Notes under the pieces: model-generated
The model's input: the letters and a program-made list of their open reading frames with translations, nothing else
The model's database searches: none
What the model was told of the DNA's origin: nothing
Position numbers and translations under genes: made by a program
From: a virus
Lineage: Duplodnaviria > Caudoviricetes
Length of the DNA: 56,298 nucleotides
Strand: one strand, 5' to 3'
Virus record (IMG/VR): IMGVR_UViG_3300044674_000260
Coordinates: 1 to 56,298 of that record
Shown here: in pieces, positions 47,145 through 55,098 of the stretch
How positions within the stretch are numbered: the stretch's first letter is position 1
How the letters are laid out: every line of letters begins with the position of its first letter

Positions 47145-49373
47145 ATGAATATTTTACAGTTTGGCAAGACATCGAAAGAAGTGGCTGAACGTATTTCTCG
47201 GGAGGTTCCTCGCACAGTTCAGTTGCAAGTTCTGTTCGATACTTTCCCTGAAGGGATTCGTCGCGGCAACGATTTTATGCTCGGTAACCTTAGTGGTGAT
47301 CGTGGGCAATCGCTTAGAATTAACATCGACATCAACAGTCCATGGTTCTTGAACGGCAAAGATTTTGAATCTGGTGATGGCGTCGGGGGCATCTGCAAAA
47401 TCCTAAAAGAAGGCAAGGGATGGTCTATCGCAGAGACAGCAGAATACTTCTCTGACTACCTGCCCACAGCATTCGCACCTGTGCCTGAGAACATCGTTAA
47501 GCCGAACAACTCCAATAACTTTCAGGTGACCAACACCACAACAACGAACGGTTTCAAACCGCCAGAGGCCAAGCCTGTTAAAATGCAGATTGGTCCGCAG
47601 ACACCATTCGAAGACGAGTACACCTATACTGACGAACACGGAGAAGTGATCGTTACGGTGCGCAAATACTTTGATAGAGATGAGACTGGCGAAATTGTTC
47701 GAGATAGTGCTGGGAAGCCTAAGAAACAATTCCGCCAGTTTATGGATGGACGCCAAGGTTTACCCGAACCCAGACCCCTGTATAACATACCCGATGTTCT
47801 TGCAGCGGACAAGGTGATTTGGGTTGAGGGGGAGAAGTGTGCCGATGCACTCACGGAACTCGGATACGCTGCCACATGCACTATCGGTGGTGCAGGCATG
47901 CTGTCCGAAAACACGGCCTCAAAATTTGACTTCTCTCCCTTCAGAAACAAAGAAGTAATCCTCTGGCCTGACAATGACGAGGCAGGCAAAAAGCTCGCTC
48001 GCATTGTCGAAGCGCAGGCAAAAGCCGCAGGCGCAAAGTCCACAGTGACACTGCACATTCCATCGACAAAGCCAGAAAAGTGGGACGCAGCGGATGCTAT
48101 CGAAGAAGAATTTGACATCAACAAGTTCTTGCAAACCCATGAAAGTAAAGTAAAAAAGCCAATCTCGCTTTTGGACGAAAGCCTGCTTATAAACAAGTAT
48201 TTCGTCGGGTCTGCACCACAGCAAAAGTTCCTGATCAGCGATACAATTCCGCTCGGGGTGCCAGTGGTATTCGCAGCAGCGGGTGACTCAGGTAAAGGTA
48301 TGATGACGCTCGACTTAGCCATGAAGGTCGCCTCGGGCGCATCTATGCAGAACGCATTCGGTGGTCTAGTCGCAGAGCATGGTGATGTTATTCTCATCAC
48401 AGCAGAAGACGACAAAGACGAGATGCACCGCAGAATTGCTCGGCTTGATCCCATGGGATACCGCGAACACTATGATCACAATCTGCGTGTTCTACCGCTA
48501 CCTAACTTGGGCGGCGTGTTTCCAATCATGCATAAGTTCGACAACACCTATCTCATGGGCGAGGAGTTTTCTCGTATCTACGATCAAATGCTCGAACTTG
48601 AAAACCTCAAGCTGATCATCATTGACCCTATGGCATCGTTTGTACACGCAGATGTGAACGCTGACCCCGCAGCGGGTGCTGCATTCATGGGTCTTCTTGC
48701 GCAGATGGCAACAGAAACAGCGGCAACTGTGATCGTTAACCACCACATGGCGAAGATCAGAGACAGTGATCCAGTGACAACGCCAGAGCAAGCGCGGAAT
48801 CTTATTCGCGGTACATCAGCTATCGTTGACGGTGTTCGTTCGGCATTCGCTGTCTGGCAAGTTGACGAAGGCACAGCCAAGCAACGCTGCCGTGATTTGC
48901 AGATCGCATATACACGCAACGCCGTATTCGATGGCGCAGTCGTTAAATCCAACGGTCCTGCTAATCGTGACATCCGACACTTCATCCGTAATCCAGACAC
49001 AGGATTGCTTGAAGATCGCAGCGTGGACATCGCATCGCTCATCCTATCACAGACGCAGCGTGATCGCCTCGCCCATCTTGTCGATCTAATCCGTATGCGT
49101 GAAAACGATGGTCGTGCGCTTACCCACGATGGTAAGAACGATGGCGTTTACAATGTCGTGCAGGAATCAGAGCCTACAGAACCATGCATCATTGCCCTCA
49201 AAAATGCAGGCAAGCGCACCACGGTTAAAGAACTGGTGACCAAAGCCATGGAGCAAGGCATGATTCGTAAGTACGCACTGACAACAAGCGGCGAAGAAAA
49301 GTGGCTCGGCACCATGGACGGACCTCTGGCTCGCGGCGAATACGAACGTCAAACCGGGCGCGATAACATCTAA
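47145..49373 (+). CDS. primase-helicase (TOPRIM plus RepA/AAA_25-like helicase)
   Basis: VEGEKCAD and WPDND TOPRIM motifs; GDSGKG Walker A; IIIDP Walker B; HHMAK; RGTSA. Confidence 0.88.
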   Translation: MNILQFGKTSKEVAERISREVPRTVQLQVLFDTFPEGIRRGNDFMLGNLSGDRGQSLRINIDINSPWFLNGKDFESGDGVGGICKILKEGKGWSIAETAEYFSDYLPTAFAPVPENIVKPNNSNNFQVTNTTTTNGFKPPEAKPVKMQIGPQTPFEDEYTYTDEHGEVIVTVRKYFDRDETGEIVRDSAGKPKKQFRQFMDGRQGLPEPRPLYNIPDVLAADKVIWVEGEKCADALTELGYAATCTIGGAGMLSENTASKFDFSPFRNKEVILWPDNDEAGKKLARIVEAQAKAAGAKSTVTLHIPSTKPEKWDAADAIEEEFDINKFLQTHESKVKKPISLLDESLLINKYFVGSAPQQKFLISDTIPLGVPVVFAAAGDSGKGMMTLDLAMKVASGASMQNAFGGLVAEHGDVILITAEDDKDEMHRRIARLDPMGYREHYDHNLRVLPLPNLGGVFPIMHKFDNTYLMGEEFSRIYDQMLELENLKLIIIDPMASFVHADVNADPAAGAAFMGLLAQMATETAATVIVNHHMAKIRDSDPVTTPEQARNLIRGTSAIVDGVRSAFAVWQVDEGTAKQRCRDLQIAYTRNAVFDGAVVKSNGPANRDIRHFIRNPDTGLLEDRSVDIASLILSQTQRDRLAHLVDLIRMRENDGRALTHDGKNDGVYNVVQESEPTEPCIIALKNAGKRTTVKELVTKAMEQGMIRKYALTTSGEEKWLGTMDGPLARGEYERQTGRDNI

Positions 49374-49433
49374 CACGATAAATTGTTCGGGTTATTTAGG
49401 TTAACTGCCGGGCGCTCCCGGTTAACTTTTTAC

Positions 49434-49485
49434 TTGCATGTTATGGGAATACTTGGTATAAATCCCAATCTACAAAGAAGGAGAA
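49434..49485 (+). promoter_or_regulatory. promoter with TGGGA/TCCCA boxes
   Basis: TTGCAT-N17-TATAAA flanked by ATGGGA and ATCCCA; AAGGAG RBS. Confidence 0.55.
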
Positions 49486-49489
49486 GTAA

Positions 49490-49717
49490 ATGATTCATGT
49501 ATTTGAAGATCAAAAGCCGAGTCTCGAAGAGGCTCAAGGATTGGTCGGAGGCTTGGTCGAAATGGTTCGATCACCTACGCATCAAGACTGGCAAATCCTA
49601 GTCAACGAAGAAGGTTTGCTAGAAGGTTTGCCATTTAACGAAGAAGCTACTAAAATCTGCGGGACAGGTATTGTTGGCCCTGCTATCGTTTTAAAAGGAA
49701 ACGCTAGATGGGATTAG
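49490..49717 (+). CDS. DUF3846-like protein
   Basis: LEEAQGLVGGLVE, VNEEG, IVGPAI. Confidence 0.75.
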   Translation: MIHVFEDQKPSLEEAQGLVGGLVEMVRSPTHQDWQILVNEEGLLEGLPFNEEATKICGTGIVGPAIVLKGNARWD

Positions 49718-49720
49718 GCA

Positions 49721-49936
49721 ATGACCGAGCAGTACACGCAGATTAAAATACTATTGACGCGCCGATTGCAGTCCATGAAAGACGAAGCAACGGCGCGTCG
49801 TCGTTTTACACTAAAGCAACAAGTCGAAGAACTTGAACACCTTATAAAAATGATGGAGAGGGAACTTGGAATCGAAGACAGAATTAACACCAATGCAAAC
49901 TCTGAAAGCTCTAGTCAAAATGGGGCTTCCGTTTGA
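49721..49936 (+). CDS. hypothetical protein
   Basis: ORF in operon, coiled coil. Confidence 0.5.
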   Translation: MTEQYTQIKILLTRRLQSMKDEATARRRFTLKQQVEELEHLIKMMERELGIEDRINTNANSESSSQNGASV

Positions 49937-50222
49937 ACAGGCATACGCACAATGTTGGCAAGATCAAGTAGACAAAGAAGGTCGTAAGAATCCATCGCCT
50001 AACTACATGTCCGACAATCACCTACAGGCAAAGATGAATGGCTCAAAAGGTGGTCGCCCAAAGACCAAAAAGATCAAAGCAAGCGACTTGCCGAAACAGG
50101 CATCAATCATTAACAGAATGCTTATTCGTGGCTTTCGTGTCGGGGAAATCGCTGACATGATCGGAACATCGCAACAAAGCGTAAGCCAAGCAAAAGCGAA
50201 GTATAAACTACCAATAGAGTGA
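49866..50222 (+). CDS. HTH DNA-binding protein
   Basis: NGSKGGRPK motif; GEIADMIGTSQQSVS HTH; exact start uncertain. Confidence 0.6.
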   Translation: MESKTELTPMQTLKALVKMGLPFEQAYAQCWQDQVDKEGRKNPSPNYMSDNHLQAKMNGSKGGRPKTKKIKASDLPKQASIINRMLIRGFRVGEIADMIGTSQQSVSQAKAKYKLPIE

Positions 50223-50346
50223 TCGTGAGGCGGCGGTTAAAATGTGAGAATAGCGCATTCGGTAGCTTAACCCAACCAACAAAAACGATGGTATGCCGCC
50301 TCAACACTTTCTATCAAAAATCAAACAATCTGCTCAAGGGGTTTTT

Positions 50347-51225
50347 TTAAAAAACGCCCTGACTTTGTGCTTGCATTCCGCCGTAACCTTGGAACTGATT
50401 TTGCGCTGGCTGGGCGTAATTCGAATAGTTGTTCGTGTTATAGCCCATCTGCTGCGGCTGGTACGGGTTCGGCATCTGACCATAACTTCCGTATCCGCCC
50501 ATCTGCTGACCCATTCCGTAACCACCAAACTGCTGTGGCTGCGGACGCATCTGCTGATATGGATTCATATACTGCTGTTGCGGCTGATTATATCCCATCG
50601 CGCCGAACTGTCGTGGCTGATTCATTTGGTTATACTGAGCATACCCACCACGCGGCGTTACCATAGGCCGCTGCATCGGCTGCTGCATCATCGGGGGTCG
50701 TCCAAAGCCTTGATACGGCTGCATTCCCATCGGGCGCATGCCACCTAAGCCCATGCCCATTCTCGGGTTGAACTGTCTCTGCTGCAACTGGTTCTGCAAC
50801 TGATTAATGCGGTAATCCTTAAACGCTCCCGTGCCCTCAAACGCTGACTGCAACTCTTGCAAGCGAGTCTGCTGCTCTTGGTTCGGAGCCAAACTCTTTT
50901 GAAAGTCCATCAACGCCTGATACTGCTCGTTGCCCTCAAATGGATTCGCGGGTTCCTGTCGAACATCTGCTGTTTTTAGTCTCGGGTCCATCGGACGAGA
51001 AATCTCTGGAACTCTCGGAGCAGGTCTGAAGTTTGAATTGTCTATGGTAGCAACAGGTCTTTGTGTGAAAAGATTGCCCATGCCCATTTGTCGAAACAAA
51101 TCACCAAGTCCACCGACTTGCTGTGGCATCATCGTTGCTGCCTGTGCAGCACGTCTAGGCAATTGAGGGTTTCTTCTAAGTGAATCGGCATATGGTGACA
51201 TCATTACCATCGGGACAATCTCCAA
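50347..51225 (-). CDS. Q/M/G/P/Y-rich low-complexity protein
   Basis: long ORF with coherent composition; start probably one of the Met codons near 51204-51210. Confidence 0.65.
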   Translation of the reverse strand: MEIVPMVMMSPYADSLRRNPQLPRRAAQAATMMPQQVGGLGDLFRQMGMGNLFTQRPVATIDNSNFRPAPRVPEISRPMDPRLKTADVRQEPANPFEGNEQYQALMDFQKSLAPNQEQQTRLQELQSAFEGTGAFKDYRINQLQNQLQQRQFNPRMGMGLGGMRPMGMQPYQGFGRPPMMQQPMQRPMVTPRGGYAQYNQMNQPRQFGAMGYNQPQQQYMNPYQQMRPQPQQFGGYGMGQQMGGYGSYGQMPNPYQPQQMGYNTNNYSNYAQPAQNQFQGYGGMQAQSQGVF

Positions 51226-51242
51226 AAGTTATTCGGAGTCTA

Positions 51243-51452
51243 TCACTTTCGATTCATCATATCAACTCTGCGTTCACCCATATACGCATCGACAACCATC
51301 AGCAGAAAGATCGGCAAGTCGTCTGGGTGCAATCCTAACCCGAACAATAATTCGCAAACCAAATTACGCGTGTCCGAAATCGACATCTGCTCAGGTAATT
51401 CTTGGAGAAGATCATCAACAATCTTCTCCACTTTTTCAGAACTTAGGCTCAT
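51243..51452 (-). CDS. hypothetical protein
   Basis: GAGG RBS, early operon. Confidence 0.6.
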   Translation of the reverse strand: MSLSSEKVEKIVDDLLQELPEQMSISDTRNLVCELLFGLGLHPDDLPIFLLMVVDAYMGERRVDMMNRK

Positions 51453-51600
51453 AAACCTCGCCTTCGTCCTCTAACTTCTTATAATGCGCCAATTGCTGCG
51501 CCAACTGCGCAAGCCTCGGGTCGCCTTCCCACTCAGCGTCATCCACCTTGCGCTGTAGCTGCTTCACTTGTTCGCCCACAATCGCCAGTCTATCATCCAT
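51436..51600 (-). CDS. small hypothetical protein (not in ORF track)
   Basis: GGGAG RBS; MDDRLAIVGEQ...GEVYEPKF. Confidence 0.55.
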   Translation of the reverse strand: MDDRLAIVGEQVKQLQRKVDDAEWEGDPRLAQLAQQLAHYKKLEDEGEVYEPKF

Positions 51601-51829
51601 CTTTGCTCTCCCTTAACTTCGGCCTTAACACAAACGATACCTTATCAGATACAACGCACTGCATACTCGTGTCCTCATACAACTCATAAATCTGGCTGTA
51701 GATAGGATCAGCAAGCCCCTGCAATGCCTCTTGGCAATGACGCTCCCTATCGTACCAAATGTATGAAGTCGTCACACTCTCTGCGTCCATACTGTAAGTA
51801 ATCACCAAAGCAGTAAAGTAATAAATCAT
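51593..51829 (-). CDS. hypothetical protein
   Basis: ATGA coupling; MIYYFTALVITY...C...C...LRPKLR. Confidence 0.6.
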   Translation of the reverse strand: MIYYFTALVITYSMDAESVTTSYIWYDRERHCQEALQGLADPIYSQIYELYEDTSMQCVVSDKVSFVLRPKLRESKDG

Positions 51830-52053
51830 GGTGCTTCCTTCCAAATGTCACCAACGAACAACTCATCACGATCAGTCCCGCCGAACTCAATAATGAACTC
51901 ACTCCGCGCCAGTCTCGACGCCATAGCACTGTTCGCAGCCTCAACTCGAAACACACGCTTCACAACACCCTCAACCTCAACACTGTACGTTTTCTTCTTC
52001 TGCGGGTCCAAACCAATCACAGTTTCAAAGCCATCATCCTCAATCATAATCAA
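51826..52053 (-). CDS. hypothetical protein
   Basis: coupled early ORF; VEAANS motif. Confidence 0.6.
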   Translation of the reverse strand: MIMIEDDGFETVIGLDPQKKKTYSVEVEGVVKRVFRVEAANSAMASRLARSEFIIEFGGTDRDELFVGDIWKEAP

Positions 52054-52381
52054 CTCCCAACTTGTCCATCCAATTCTGCAACGTCTGATAGTTCTTTAAC
52101 CCTAACAACTTCGCAGCCTCAGTCACGTTCTTTGATCGGGCCATTGCCCTCTCAATGTAATTACGCTTCACATTGTCAATCGCGCCCTGCACATCAAAGT
52201 CGTCAGGGTCAATCGCATCGTGCTCGTCAGAAATGTTCGGGTTAGCCTGTCGCCAATCCTCGTTAACCTTCAAGTCGTGGTCAATCTCGTCAATAAACCG
52301 CAGCATGTCGCTCTCGGTTACAATGCCGTTCAGCCTATCCCGAACATAATGCATGCACATCGTGTCTTCTACAACGCTCAT
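52040..52381 (-). CDS. Fis-like HTH protein
   Basis: YIERAMARSKNVTEAAKLLGL...TLQNWMDKLG (HTH_8-like). Confidence 0.75.
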   Translation of the reverse strand: MSVVEDTMCMHYVRDRLNGIVTESDMLRFIDEIDHDLKVNEDWRQANPNISDEHDAIDPDDFDVQGAIDNVKRNYIERAMARSKNVTEAAKLLGLKNYQTLQNWMDKLGVDYD

Positions 52382-52755
52382 GGCAAATCCTCAAAACTGT
52401 GTCGCTTTAACTCTGGAAAGTCTTGTGGTCCCAACTCTGGCAAATTCTTTGCAAGTTGCAACTCACTTGGCATTGCCCTCAAACGAAAAAACCCATCATG
52501 TTCGGGATAAGTATCCATAAACCACCTAGCAAAGAATGCGCTGTAGTTGTTGTTAAGTTTGAATGTGGACTTGCCGTCCACATCCGCTTCGTCAGTCTCC
52601 CACCGAATACGCTCAAACACACCCTTCGCAGAGTAATTTCGAAAGCCTCGATGGATAACCTCAAACGTAAACCGAACAAAACACTCCCACACCTTGGGAT
52701 TCTCCCTGTGGAACTTAACAGCAGCTTCTTCGATCTCTTCGTAACGCGTCTTCAT
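52378..52755 (-). CDS. hypothetical protein
   Basis: FHRENPKVW, ERIRWE, FKLNNNY, FFRLR phage motif set. Confidence 0.75.
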   Translation of the reverse strand: MKTRYEEIEEAAVKFHRENPKVWECFVRFTFEVIHRGFRNYSAKGVFERIRWETDEADVDGKSTFKLNNNYSAFFARWFMDTYPEHDGFFRLRAMPSELQLAKNLPELGPQDFPELKRHSFEDLP

Positions 52756-53276
52756 GCCGCTGCCTCTTCATCGCCGCGTAGCTGTGTCGCAATATCTTCA
52801 ATCGGTTGCACACTCACACCATGCGCCTCAACGCATCCGCGATAACGATTCAACCAACGCGCCAAATCAGATGCAGCCTGCCTACGCAACTCAGCTCTCG
52901 AATCTTCACTGTCTGGATCATATGGCACATAACCGCCACCATTGCGCCGACTCGATTGGGGGCTAAGAAATGCGGGTGCCTCATAGCTGATAGCCTTTGC
53001 CAAATCACTGACATCAACTTTCTTGACTGGTGGAATATGAACCTGAATCCGTAAGCCGCTAATCAACTGACGCGCTAATGACATTCGATGCTGACGCGCA
53101 GCCTCTTTATCACCAGAACCAAAGAACCGCTCATAACATGGATGATCTGGCCTGTCCTCAAGCCAATCTGTGAACTCATCCACTTTATACATGTTGCGAC
53201 GAGTCTCTTTCAAATAATCATCAACGATTTTCTGACGCTCGTCTTTGTTCCAAATGGAGTCAACTCTATCTTCCAT
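52752..53276 (-). CDS. putative partner protein of the Cas7-like/pentamer-array locus
   Basis: AGGAG RBS right after the array 3' hairpin; PDHPCYERFF...AARQHRMSLARQLI. Confidence 0.75.
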   Translation of the reverse strand: MEDRVDSIWNKDERQKIVDDYLKETRRNMYKVDEFTDWLEDRPDHPCYERFFGSGDKEAARQHRMSLARQLISGLRIQVHIPPVKKVDVSDLAKAISYEAPAFLSPQSSRRNGGGYVPYDPDSEDSRAELRRQAASDLARWLNRYRGCVEAHGVSVQPIEDIATQLRGDEEAAA

Positions 53277-53304
53277 TTTCTTCTCCTATTTAATGTTAAA
53301 AGTT

Positions 53305-53652
53305 GGTGGGGAATCTGCGTGATCCCCCACCTTGGTTTATGGTCTATGCCGAACCAGACCGCACCGCACCGCAACATACCGCGCCATGCCTCGCCTGAAC
53401 CGCCTAACCTTGTCGGACCGAGCCGAACCAGACCAAATCGCACCATACCGAATCGTGCCATTCCATGACCGCCATAACATACCGTGTATCACCACAACAT
53501 ACCTTACCGCGCCACGCCTCGCCGGAACTAACCTTGACCGCCTTGCCATAACCACATCTTACCAGAACTCGCCTGAACGCACCGTAACATTCCGCGCCAT
53601 GACCGCCTTGCCTTGCCGTGTCGTTCAGATGGGCATAGGCAATGCCCACCTG
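53305..53652 (-). ncRNA. candidate guide-RNA array of GGY-NN pentamers (4 units) bounded by hairpins
   Basis: 5-nt periodicity over 53346-53618; GGCGGTY delimiters at 53601, 53536, 53467, 53398; hairpins at 53626-53652 and 53305-53331. Confidence 0.75.
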
Positions 53653-53675
53653 TAATGCTTGCCAACGCACCCCCT

Positions 53676-54446
53676 TTATGCCGCTACCATGCGACGAGCG
53701 CGTTCTTCATTAAGATAACCCATCAACTCTTCAGTCATTTCATCTGCACACTCGGGGTTTGCCATCGCAAGTTTTTGCGCTTCCATTCCCTCTTTCGTAA
53801 TGCGATTCCAATCGGCTTTGTAATCTTTCCAGTTCGGTAAATCCTCGCCAGTCACAGTGAAGCACCCATACGCGCCTCGCCCCTTCTCCTGTCGAAAATC
53901 ACCCAAGCCAACAATCGAACCTGCGTTCTGCAACAACGTAAACACATCTGTTGCGGATAACGTGGGTTGTACAAACGAAACATTAATCTCCGCACACCAC
54001 TCGGGCAAATATGCTCGGGTTCTCATATCGGGCGTTTTGTTAATATTCGCCATGCGAACTGTGTCGATCTTCAAATATGGTCTGCCGTAGATTTCAGTCT
54101 CCAATTGAGGAAAGAAAAGCAAACGCTGAACATTGGTTCTTGCAACACCCTTCGTTTCAATCGCAGCAGTCGCCATAGCTTGCTTAATTGCAGCAGGGGG
54201 GAAATACAAATGCGTCTTTCCATAGCTCTTTTTATAAACCGAATCACGAAACTCTTGTTCGGGATTGTGCTTGATCTCACGCTTTTCAGCCGTGGTCTTC
54301 GGGGCACTCCCAATTAATAGATCACGCTTCGCCTTTACGCTCATCGAATTATAATAGAACGGTGTTGTTCCAATTAATCGCAATGTAATGTTAGCATGCT
54401 CCAAAGCAGTAACCATTGCACCTTCTGTAGTTTTCTTAACAGCCAT
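53676..54446 (-). CDS. Cas7/RAMP-like RNA-binding protein
   Basis: N-terminal LRLIGTTP strand, YFPPAAIKQAM helix, C-terminal Gly-rich loop VGLGDFRQEKGRGAYGCF. Confidence 0.7.
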   Translation of the reverse strand: MAVKKTTEGAMVTALEHANITLRLIGTTPFYYNSMSVKAKRDLLIGSAPKTTAEKREIKHNPEQEFRDSVYKKSYGKTHLYFPPAAIKQAMATAAIETKGVARTNVQRLLFFPQLETEIYGRPYLKIDTVRMANINKTPDMRTRAYLPEWCAEINVSFVQPTLSATDVFTLLQNAGSIVGLGDFRQEKGRGAYGCFTVTGEDLPNWKDYKADWNRITKEGMEAQKLAMANPECADEMTEELMGYLNEERARRMVAA

Positions 54447-54463
54447 TTTTTGCTCCTTTTGGC

Positions 54464-54736
54464 TTACGCGCTAGTAGCGCATTCTTCACACTTCTCGGCA
54501 TCGTATCCCATGCCAACCGTCACAACCTCGCCACAATCGCAAAGCCGCTCCATCTCTCCGTCACCCGAACAAGTCTCGCAAAGCTCACGAACCTCTTCCA
54601 GATAACCAACGTCACGCCCAAAATCCTGTGGGCGCGGTCTGTCAAACGTGATGTAACCATCACCCCAACAATCGGGGCACGGTGCCATAATCGGTGTCTC
54701 CATGGCCTGAATAGCCAGATCACTCATACGTCCCAT
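54464..54736 (-). CDS. DnaJ-type zinc-finger small protein
   Basis: CPDCWGDG...CETCSGDG plus CDC...CEEC. Confidence 0.7.
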   Translation of the reverse strand: MGRMSDLAIQAMETPIMAPCPDCWGDGYITFDRPRPQDFGRDVGYLEEVRELCETCSGDGEMERLCDCGEVVTVGMGYDAEKCEECATSA

Positions 54737-54741
54737 GATGT

Positions 54742-54795
54742 TTCCTTTTTACTAGATATAACCCATATAATCCCAAGTCATATGGTATGTCAATA
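54742..54795 (-). promoter_or_regulatory. early promoter driving the ZnF-Cas7-like-array operon
   Basis: TTGACA...TTGGGATTATATGGGTTATATCTAGTAAAAAGGA on - strand. Confidence 0.65.
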
Positions 54796-54816
54796 AAAAA
54801 ATTTATCATCGGGAAT

Positions 54817-54848
54817 AAAAAAAGCCCCAACCGCATCGGGTCGGGGCA
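54817..54848 (-). terminator. rho-independent terminator
   Basis: GCCCCGACC...GGTTGGGGC followed by T-run on - strand. Confidence 0.6.
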
Positions 54849-55035
54849 AGTCTAATATTGAGGCAGCTTAGGAAACAATGAGCAGAACCTAAGCCGTGTC
54901 CCTACTTAGCATGGGAATTTGTGGGATGCAAGAAGAAAATACCACTGGAACTCACAACACTGCTGTAGGTCAAATTGTTCGGGTTATAAGCGCCAAAAAA
55001 ATACAACTGGTACACACAACACTGCTGTAGGTTAC

Positions 55036-55067
55036 AAAAAAACCCCCGCTCGAATACAGGCGGGGGT
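55036..55067 (-). terminator. rho-independent terminator
   Basis: ACCCCCGC...GCGGGGGT followed by T-run on - strand. Confidence 0.7.
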
Positions 55068-55098
55068 CGTCAAATTGTTCGGGTTATGTCGCAGTCTA

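Noticed and set aside
47624-48454. 276-aa antisense ORF
   Set aside because: Shadow of the primase-helicase; S-rich, no motifs or RBS
50293-50748. 151-aa + strand L/H/R-rich ORF
   Set aside because: Antisense shadow of the Q/M-rich gene
53346-53618. Canonical CRISPR array
   Set aside because: No 23-47 bp identical repeats with unique spacers; the constant part is only a 3-nt scaffold and a 7-nt delimiter
53088-53670. Several overlapping ORFs (53088-53468, 53210-53461, 53332-53655, 53337-53555, 53404-53670) across the pentamer array
   Set aside because: No RBS, R/G/V/W-patterned products in many frames; expected by-product of a stop-poor 5-nt periodic sequence
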